A stretch of DNA of 34,692 nucleotides from Myxococcales bacterium (GTDB lineage: Bacteria > Myxococcota > Myxococcia > Myxococcales > Anaeromyxobacteraceae), in assembly GCA_038320275.1 (NCBI GenBank), contig JBBQEB010000020.1, forward strand, positions 1-34,692, in the 5' to 3' direction. Below, piece by piece: positions 28,192 to 34,692 of the stretch (positions are counted from its first letter, which is position 1; the number at the start of each line of letters is the position of its first letter). A program made the position numbers and the translations under genes. The notes below the pieces were generated by a model. That model did no database searches. It was not told the origin of the DNA and saw nothing but the letters and a program-made list of their open reading frames with translations.

Positions 28192-29001
28192 ATGATGGAT
28201 GCTTCCCTTCCCACCCCTTCGCGCCCCCCGCACAGGCCCGGCGTCGCCGTCGATGGGCTCTCGAAGAGCTACCGGCAGGAGGGGCGGCGCGTTCCGGCGC
28301 TCGCCGGCCTGTCCCTCGCGATCGCGGCAGGGGAGTTCGTGGCGGTGGTGGGCACGAGCGGCTGCGGCAAGAGCACGCTCCTGCGCATCCTCGCCGGCCT
28401 GGAGACCGACTACGAGGGGCGCGTGGCGGTCGATGGCGTCGCCGTCGCCGGCCCCGGCCTCGACCGCGGGGTGGTCTTCCAGGAGCACCGCCTCTTCCCC
28501 TGGCTGACGGTGGAGGAGAACGTCGGCTTCGGCCTCGCCGCGCACGAACCTCGCGAGCGGCGCCGCGCGGTGGACGAGCACCTCGAGTTGGTGGGACTGC
28601 GCGGCTTCGAGCGCGCGTTCCCGCACCAGCTCTCCGGCGGCATGTCCCAGCGCGTCGCCATCGCCCGGGCGCTCGTGAACCGCCCCCGCGTGCTCCTCAT
28701 GGACGAGCCGTTCGGGGCGCTGGACGCGTTCACGCGCATGGGCCTGCAGGACGAGCTGCTGCGGGTCTGGGCGGCCGAGCGCACGACGGTGGTGCTCGTC
28801 ACCCACGACATCGACGAGGCGGTCTTCCTCGCCGACCGGGTGGTGGTGCTCTCCTCCCGCCCGGGGGCGATCCGCGCCGTCGTGGACGTGCCGCTGGCGC
28901 GTCCGCGAGACCGGGTGAGCCCAGACTTCTCCCGCCTGCGCACCTCCGTGTACCGCGCCCTCTTTCCCCGGCCCGACGCGCCGGGAGACTTCGTGCTGTA
29001 G
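28192..29001 (+). CDS. ssuB: Nitrate/sulfonate/taurine-family ABC transporter ATP-binding protein
   Basis: GTSGCGKST, VFQEHRLFPWLTV, LSGGMSQR, LLMDEPFGALD, VTHDIDEA. Confidence 0.88.
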   Translation: MMDASLPTPSRPPHRPGVAVDGLSKSYRQEGRRVPALAGLSLAIAAGEFVAVVGTSGCGKSTLLRILAGLETDYEGRVAVDGVAVAGPGLDRGVVFQEHRLFPWLTVEENVGFGLAAHEPRERRRAVDEHLELVGLRGFERAFPHQLSGGMSQRVAIARALVNRPRVLLMDEPFGALDAFTRMGLQDELLRVWAAERTTVVLVTHDIDEAVFLADRVVVLSSRPGAIRAVVDVPLARPRDRVSPDFSRLRTSVYRALFPRPDAPGDFVL

Positions 29002-29022
29002 CCACCCTCCACCGGAGCACCC

Positions 29023-30006
29023 ATGCCCTCTCGACGCTCGCGCACCGCGATCGCCTCCTCCCTCGCAGCTCTCCTCGCCGCCACGGCGCTCGGCTGCAGC
29101 AAGCCGGCCGGCAAGCCCGACGCGGTACGCCTCGACTTCGCCCTCTACAACCCGCTCTCCCTCCTGCTGAAGGAGCGCCGTTTCCTGGAGGACGACCTCG
29201 CCCGGGACGGGGTGCCGGTGGAGTGGGCCCAGAGCCTCGGCTCGAACAAGGCGCTCGAGCTGCTCGCCTCCCGCTCGGTCGATTTCGGATCGACGGCCGG
29301 CGCCGCGGCGCTGCTCGCGCGCGCGAACGGCAACCCGGTGAAGATCGTCTACGTCTACTCCAAGCCGGAGTGGACGGCGCTCGTGACGGGCCCGAACAGC
29401 ACCATCCGGAGCGTCGCGGACCTGAAGGGCAAGCGCATCGCGGTCACGCGCGGCACCGATCCGCACATCTTCCTCCTCCGCGCGCTCGACGAGGCGGGCC
29501 TTTCGGAGAAGGACGTGGAAGTGGTGCCGCTGCAGCATCCCGACGGGCGGATCGCGCTGGAGCGCGGGGACGTGGCCGCCTGGTCCGGCCTCGACCCGCT
29601 CATGGCCACGAGCGAGCTGCAGCACGGCTCGCGGCTGTTCTTCCGGCGGCCGGACTGGAACACCTACGGCACCCTCGACGTCCGGGACGAGTTCGCGAAG
29701 CAGTACCCGGCGTACGTGGAGCGGGTGCTCGCCGCCTACGAGCGGGCGCGCCAGCACGCCCTGGCGCACCCGGAGGATCTCGCGGCGGTGCTGCAGCGCG
29801 AGGCGAAGCTCACGCCGGAGGTGACGAAGGCGGTGCTCGCGCGCACGGACCTGGGCAGCCCGGTGCCGGGCGAGGCGCTGCGCAGCTCCATCGTGGCGGC
29901 CGGGACGGTGCTGAAGAAGAGCGGTATCGTGAAGCCGCAGACGGATGTCGATGGCGTGGTGGCCGCGCTCATCGACCCTGGCTTCGCGCGCAAGGTGGTG
30001 CGGTGA
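29023..30006 (+). CDS. ssuA: Aliphatic sulfonate ABC transporter substrate-binding lipoprotein
   Basis: Lipobox ALGC; RLDFALYNPLSL, SLGSNKALE, DFGSTAG, SKPEWTAL, TRGTDPHIF, LQHPDG, WSGLDP. Confidence 0.85.
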   Translation: MPSRRSRTAIASSLAALLAATALGCSKPAGKPDAVRLDFALYNPLSLLLKERRFLEDDLARDGVPVEWAQSLGSNKALELLASRSVDFGSTAGAAALLARANGNPVKIVYVYSKPEWTALVTGPNSTIRSVADLKGKRIAVTRGTDPHIFLLRALDEAGLSEKDVEVVPLQHPDGRIALERGDVAAWSGLDPLMATSELQHGSRLFFRRPDWNTYGTLDVRDEFAKQYPAYVERVLAAYERARQHALAHPEDLAAVLQREAKLTPEVTKAVLARTDLGSPVPGEALRSSIVAAGTVLKKSGIVKPQTDVDGVVAALIDPGFARKVVR

Positions 30007-30875
30007 GCCTGAGCGAGGGACAGGCCGGCGGGGCAGCAGCAGGGTCGCTCCGGCTCTCCTCCGAGCCTGCCGACGACGCGGACCTTGCACAGGGGCGCAG
30101 CGCCCGCGACCTCGCCCACGCCCTTCTCGATTCGCGCGGGTCGGTGCTCCTCGTCCCGGCGCTCCTCCTCGCCGCCTGGGAAGCGGCCTCGCGGCTGGAC
30201 CTCGTCCCGGCGCACTGGCTGCCGGCACCGTCGGTGGTGCTGGTCACCTTGCTGGAGCTCTCGGCAGGCGGGGCGCTCCTGGGGCACGTGAGCGTGACGC
30301 TGGCGCGCGTGGGTTGTGGCTTCGCGCTGGGTGCCGCGGCGGCGACGCTCCTCGGGGCGGCCACGGGTCACGATGCGCGGCTGCACCGCCTCCTCGACCC
30401 GACGCTGCAGGCCCTGCGCTCCATTCCTTCCATGGCCTGGGCGCCGCTCTTCCTGCTCTGGCTCGGAATCCACGAGAGCTCGAAGGTGGCCCTCATCGCG
30501 GTGGGGGCCTTCTTCCCGGTCTACCTCAACCTGGCATGCGGGATCCGCGCCATCGACCCAAAGCTGGTGGAGGTCGGCCGCGTCTTCCGGCTGGAGGGAG
30601 TCGCCCTGGTGCGGCGCGTGATCCTGCCCGCCACCCTGCCGGCCTACGTCACCGGCCTCCGCTCCGGGCTCGGGCTCGCCTGGATGTTCGTCGTCGCGGC
30701 GGAGATCCTGGGCGCGAGTCGCGGGCTCGGCTTCCTGCTGGTGGACGGTCAGACCACCAGCCGCCCCGAGCTGGTCGTCGCCTCGATCGTCCTCTTCGCC
30801 GCCTTCGGCAAGGCGACCGACGCGCTGCTGGAGCTCTGCGCCCGGCGGTCCCTCCGCGGCTGGAGGCGGGGATGA
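30003..30875 (+). CDS. ssuC: Sulfonate-family ABC transporter permease
   Basis: GTGA overlap; LPAPS, LRSIPSMAWAPLFLLWLG, FFPVYLN, ILPATLP, WMFVVAAE. Confidence 0.87.
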   Translation: MSLSEGQAGGAAAGSLRLSSEPADDADLAQGRSARDLAHALLDSRGSVLLVPALLLAAWEAASRLDLVPAHWLPAPSVVLVTLLELSAGGALLGHVSVTLARVGCGFALGAAAATLLGAATGHDARLHRLLDPTLQALRSIPSMAWAPLFLLWLGIHESSKVALIAVGAFFPVYLNLACGIRAIDPKLVEVGRVFRLEGVALVRRVILPATLPAYVTGLRSGLGLAWMFVVAAEILGASRGLGFLLVDGQTTSRPELVVASIVLFAAFGKATDALLELCARRSLRGWRRG

Positions 30876-30898
30876 GCAAGGGGCGCTAGTCTCCACGG

Positions 30899-32599
30899 GT
30901 GCCGACTCCACCAACGCTCTCCAGCCCGGTCTCACGCCCCGCTGGCGCCGTCAACGCCGGGGCGATCGTGGCTGGCGCGCTCGCGATCGGCGTGGTCGCC
31001 GCGCTGGCAGGCGCCTTCCTCGTGCGCGAAGAGGCGAACGAGGAGCGGCGCCTCCTCCAGGAGCGGGCGCAGCTCATCGGAGAGGCGATCGAGAGCTCGC
31101 TCGCGGAGGCGATGGGCGCCCACCGACCCGAGAGCATGCAGGCCGTGCTCTCCACCCTGGAGCGCTCCGCCGGCGTGGCCGGCGTCGCCATCGCCGGGGA
31201 GGATGGCGCCGTGCGCCGCTTCGCGGGCGACGCGCCCGACCAGGTGACCATCCCCCCCGCTCCCCTGTTCACCTGGAGCCCGCGGCGGCTCGAGCTCTCC
31301 CGCCCGGTCGCCAACCGCGAGAGCTGCAGAACATGCCACGGCGACGGCCTGGTGAACGGCGCGGTGTTCGTGGCGCTCGACGCGGCGCCCAGCGCCGCCC
31401 GGGTGGCGCGCGCCCGCCGGCTCGCCGCGTCCCTGGCCCTCCTCGCCGCGCTGGGCACGGTCGCGGCGGCCGTCCTGGTGCTCCGCGCACGGGCGCAGGC
31501 GGCCGAAGCCCGGCGGGAGACGACGGCCACGCTCGTGCGCCTCCAATCCATCGTCGATTCCATGGCCGACGGGGTCATCTTCGTCGACGCCGACGATCGG
31601 GTGGCCCTCGTGAACGAGGCCGGCCGGGCCCTCAGGAACCTGGGTGGAGATCCGGGGCGGCCGGTGAAGGACTGCCATCCTCAGGCGACGCACGGGATGC
31701 TCGACCGCGTGATGGGCTGGCTCCGTGAGGGAAAGGACCCCGGCCCGACCCACTCCATCATCAAGGAGAAGGAGGGGCGGTGGGAGACCACCTACGCGCC
31801 GGTGCGAGCGCCGGACGGGACCTACCTCGGCGTGGTGATGGTGATCCGGGACATCGCCGACCGCCGCAGCCTGGAGCGCCGGCTCCTCGACGCCGAGCGC
31901 CTGGCGGCGGTGGGCCAGATGTCCGCGCAGGTGGCGCACGAGCTGCGCAATCCGCTCAACGCCATCACCGGCGCGGCCCAGTACCTCCGCCGCATCCTGC
32001 CCGGGCACGCGGAGGTCACCGAGTACGCCGAGCTCATCGACGACGAGGTGCGGCGGGTCAACCGGTTCATCGACGAGCTGCTCAAGGTGGCGAGCCCCGC
32101 CAACCCGATCTTCGTCCCCTCGCGCGTGAACAAGATCCTCGCGGAGGCGGCGCGCCGGGCTGCGCTCGCGCGCGGGCTCGCGGACGAGGCGATCCGGCTG
32201 GAGCTCGCAAAAGGCCTCCCGCCGCTCGACCTCGACCCCACCCTGGTGATGGAGGCGGTGGTGAACCTCCTCGACAACGCGCTCGACGCCGGCGGTGCGG
32301 AGCCGCCCGTCCTCGCGTCCGGATTCGAGGCCTCCGGAGGCGAGGGCTCGGTGGTCGTCGAGGTGAGCGACCGCGGCTGCGGGATCCCGCCCGAGCAGCT
32401 CGAGGAGGTCATGCGCCCCTTCGTGACCTCCAAGGCGCGCGGCACCGGACTCGGCCTCGTCATCGTGGGCCGGACGGTCGACCAGCACCGCGCTACCTTC
32501 GCGCTCACGCCGCGCGAGGGCGGGGGCACGGTCGCGACCCTGCGCTTCCCGGTGCGCACCGTGCGCGCGGCGCCCTCCGCCGCGGAGATCGAGGCATGA
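30899..32599 (+). CDS. Membrane sensor histidine kinase with periplasmic CxxCH domain and cytoplasmic PAS
   Basis: Two TM helices flanking a domain with CRTCH (31325-31339); PAS DSMADGVIFVD...DCHP; H-box VAHELRNPL; GTGLGL. Confidence 0.9.
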   Translation: MPTPPTLSSPVSRPAGAVNAGAIVAGALAIGVVAALAGAFLVREEANEERRLLQERAQLIGEAIESSLAEAMGAHRPESMQAVLSTLERSAGVAGVAIAGEDGAVRRFAGDAPDQVTIPPAPLFTWSPRRLELSRPVANRESCRTCHGDGLVNGAVFVALDAAPSAARVARARRLAASLALLAALGTVAAAVLVLRARAQAAEARRETTATLVRLQSIVDSMADGVIFVDADDRVALVNEAGRALRNLGGDPGRPVKDCHPQATHGMLDRVMGWLREGKDPGPTHSIIKEKEGRWETTYAPVRAPDGTYLGVVMVIRDIADRRSLERRLLDAERLAAVGQMSAQVAHELRNPLNAITGAAQYLRRILPGHAEVTEYAELIDDEVRRVNRFIDELLKVASPANPIFVPSRVNKILAEAARRAALARGLADEAIRLELAKGLPPLDLDPTLVMEAVVNLLDNALDAGGAEPPVLASGFEASGGEGSVVVEVSDRGCGIPPEQLEEVMRPFVTSKARGTGLGLVIVGRTVDQHRATFALTPREGGGTVATLRFPVRTVRAAPSAAEIEA

Positions 32600-33981
32600 C
32601 GGACGCCGGCGCGGCCGTCCTCCTCGTCGACGACGACGCGGCGACGCGCAAGGTCGCCAAGGCGAACCTCGGCCTGGAGGGCTTCGAGGTGGTGACCGCC
32701 GGCTCTTCGGCGGAGGCCCTGGCGAGGCTCGACGAGACCGACCCGCTGGCGCTGGTCACGGACCTCAAGATGCCGGACGGGGATGGCATCGCGCTCATGG
32801 ACGCGGTTCATGCCCGCCGGCCCTTCCTGCCGGTGGTGCTGGTGACGGGCCACGCCACCGTGGAGACCGCTGTCGCCGCCATGCGCCGCGGAGCGCTGCA
32901 CTACCTGACGAAGCCCGTCCGCTACGACGAGCTGGCGCTGGTGCTCCGCCACGCGGTCGCCGGCGAGCGGGCGCGCCGCGACGTGGTGCGGCTCCGCGGC
33001 GAGCTGGAGCGCGCGGCCGGGTTCGACGAGCTGGTGGGCGACTCGCCGGGGATGCGCGAGGTCTTCGCGCTGGTGGAGAGCGTCGCGGGCGCCGACGCGA
33101 CGGTGCTGGTGCGGGGCGAGACAGGCACGGGAAAGGAGCTCGTCGCACGCGCCATCCACCGGCGCTCCCCGCGCGGCGCGCGCGACTTCGTCGCCGTCAA
33201 CTGCTCCGCCATCCCGCGCGAACTGGTGGAGAGCGAGCTCTTCGGCCACGAGAAGGGGGCGTTCACCGGCGCGGCTTCGCGTCGCGTGGGGCGCTTCGAG
33301 CAGGCCGATGGGTCGACCCTCTTCCTCGACGAGGTGGGCGAGCTCGACCTCTCCGCGCAGGCGAAGCTCCTCCGGGTCTTGCAGGAGAAGGAGATCTCGC
33401 GGGTGGGGGGCGCCCGGCCCATCCGCGTCGACACGCGCATCGTCGCGGCGACCAACCAGGATCTCGAGGCGCAGGTGCGCGAAGGGCGGTTTCGAGAGGA
33501 CCTCTACTACCGCCTCAACGTCATCCCGATCCGGCTGCCCACGCTGCGGGAGCGCCCCGGGGACCTGCCGCTCCTGATGGAGCACTTCCTGCGCGTCTTC
33601 GCCGACCGGTACGCCAGGGAGCCCCGCCCGGCTCCGCCCGAGCTCCTGGCGGCGGCGCGCGACTATCCGTGGCCCGGCAACGTGCGGGAGCTGCGCAACG
33701 TCTGCGAGCGCGCCGTGCTCATGGGCTGGCCGGCGGTCGCGCCCATCCTGGCCGCGGCGCCCCGCCCGCCCTCGACGCTCGCGGGCCTGGCCGACTTCGA
33801 CGCCCCGCTCCTCGACGCGCGGGCCGCGCTGCTGGAGCGCTTCGAGCGCGAGTACCTCGTCCGCCTCCTCCAGAAGCACCGCGGCAAGGTGGGGGAGGTG
33901 GCCCGCGCGGCCGGGATCGCGGAGCGGAACCTGTACGAGAAGCTGAAGCAGCTCGGGCTGTCGCGGGAGGAGTACCGGTAG
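32596..33981 (+). CDS. Sigma54-dependent response regulator (NtrC family)
   Basis: ATGA overlap; receiver LLVDDD/TDLKMP; GETGTGKE, ESELFGHEKGAFTGA, FLDEVGE, FREDLYYRLNV, WPGNVREL; C-terminal HTH. Confidence 0.95.
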   Translation: MTDAGAAVLLVDDDAATRKVAKANLGLEGFEVVTAGSSAEALARLDETDPLALVTDLKMPDGDGIALMDAVHARRPFLPVVLVTGHATVETAVAAMRRGALHYLTKPVRYDELALVLRHAVAGERARRDVVRLRGELERAAGFDELVGDSPGMREVFALVESVAGADATVLVRGETGTGKELVARAIHRRSPRGARDFVAVNCSAIPRELVESELFGHEKGAFTGAASRRVGRFEQADGSTLFLDEVGELDLSAQAKLLRVLQEKEISRVGGARPIRVDTRIVAATNQDLEAQVREGRFREDLYYRLNVIPIRLPTLRERPGDLPLLMEHFLRVFADRYAREPRPAPPELLAAARDYPWPGNVRELRNVCERAVLMGWPAVAPILAAAPRPPSTLAGLADFDAPLLDARAALLERFEREYLVRLLQKHRGKVGEVARAAGIAERNLYEKLKQLGLSREEYR

Positions 33982-33998
33982 ACCGGGAGGAAGGGCGG

Positions 33999-34135
33999 GG
34001 TCGGGGTCGAGGTCGGAGGTCGAAGGTCGAGGTCGAGGTCGAGGTCGAGGTCGAGGTCGAGGTCGAAGGTCGAGGTCGAGGTCGAAGGTCGAAGGTCGAG
34101 GTCGGGGTCGGGGTCGCAGTCGCGGTCCCCGTCGC
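33999..34135. repeat. GGTCGA hexamer/heptamer tandem array, about 22 units
   Basis: Core GGTCGA units interspersed with GGTCGAA, GGTCGG and GGTCGC, degenerate at the edges, between convergent genes. Confidence 0.92.
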
Positions 34136-34144
34136 GTCCCTCGC

Positions 34145-34654
34145 TCACCCCTTTCGCTTCACCGCCCTGCGCCGCCCCGCCCCCGCCTTGCGCGACCCTC
34201 CCCGGCCACGCCGCATCGCCGTCGCCGCCCCGCGCCCGTCGGCGTACCTCGCGTAGGCGCTCGACGCCGCCCATGGCAGCCCCAGGGCGACCGCGAACAG
34301 CAGCGTGCCCCCCGCGAGGCTGAGCGGCACCTCCACCCTGGGCGCCCCGAAGGACCTCGCGTGGCCGGGCACGCGCGCCTCCGCCAGCGCGAGGCAGAAG
34401 GCGGTGCCGGTCGCCGCCGCCCCCGCCGCGTGGACGAGCACGCTCCGCGCAGAGCGGAGGCGCCAGCCGGCCGCGACGCAGGCTCCCAGGGGCGGCGCGG
34501 AGGTCATGAGCCAGAGCCACGGCGGCATGTGGCGCGCCGCCCCGAGGCGCGCCACCACCCCCGCGTACAGCGCGACCTGGCTGAAGGCGAAGGCCGCAAG
34601 CAACGCCAGCATGGTGGTGAGGAAGGCGAGCGCCTCCCGGCCTGGAGCACGCAT
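34145..34654 (-). CDS. Hypothetical membrane protein, about 4 TM segments, basic tail
   Basis: Four hydrophobic stretches; TGgTACGGT -10-like element 10 nt upstream. Confidence 0.55.
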   Translation of the reverse strand: MRAPGREALAFLTTMLALLAAFAFSQVALYAGVVARLGAARHMPPWLWLMTSAPPLGACVAAGWRLRSARSVLVHAAGAAATGTAFCLALAEARVPGHARSFGAPRVEVPLSLAGGTLLFAVALGLPWAASSAYARYADGRGAATAMRRGRGGSRKAGAGRRRAVKRKG

Positions 34655-34692
34655 CGGGCACAGGACCGTACCAGGGGTTCCTGCGCCGCGCG

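Noticed and set aside
29023..29100. Tat signal in SsuA (SRR) linked to the nearby tatA
   Set aside because: SRRSRTA lacks the consensus hydrophobic residues after RR; an ordinary lipoprotein signal explains it
33999..34135. Possible CRISPR array or VEVEVE/DLDLDL/STSTST repeat protein (ORFs 33663-34661 and 33669-34256)
   Set aside because: Units are 6-7 nt with no spacers and no cas genes; 7-nt units break frame; the ORFs overlap real genes

Overview
Very GC-rich bacterial chromosome segment. Gene content and repeat style point to Myxococcota, probably Anaeromyxobacter-like (inference). About 35 CDSs fall into these blocks: (1) NHEJ/general-stress genes (stand-alone LigD polymerase, holin-like and DUF3618-like membrane pair, LigD phosphoesterase-ligase, SRPBCC protein); (2) lpxC, rhomboid protease and ruvCAB; (3) two MFS transporters and a MATE transporter; (4) a small ORF, csbD, YyaL/DUF255, a small membrane protein, GDPD, tatA and a zinc-ribbon membrane protein; (5) a PhaR-like regulator, a phasin-like protein, an asymmetric ArsA/Get3-like ATPase pair, a TPR lipoprotein, a PAS hybrid kinase and an acyl-CoA ligase; (6) sulfur genes metY, cysK and ssuBAC-like ABC transporter; (7) a CxxCH-containing sensor kinase with a sigma54 activator. 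I found no rRNA, tRNA, CRISPR, transposase or prophage. The best candidate for an undescribed system is block 5, a possible storage-lipid/granule module served by a Get3-like heterodimer. Non-coding signals read from the sequence: a shared promoter motif at the sulfur genes, two sigma54-type promoters, tandem LexA-like boxes at ruvC, several apparently leaderless genes, a sigma32-like -10 motif at stress genes, and two GGTCGA hexamer arrays. All family assignments come from motif recognition, not database searches.
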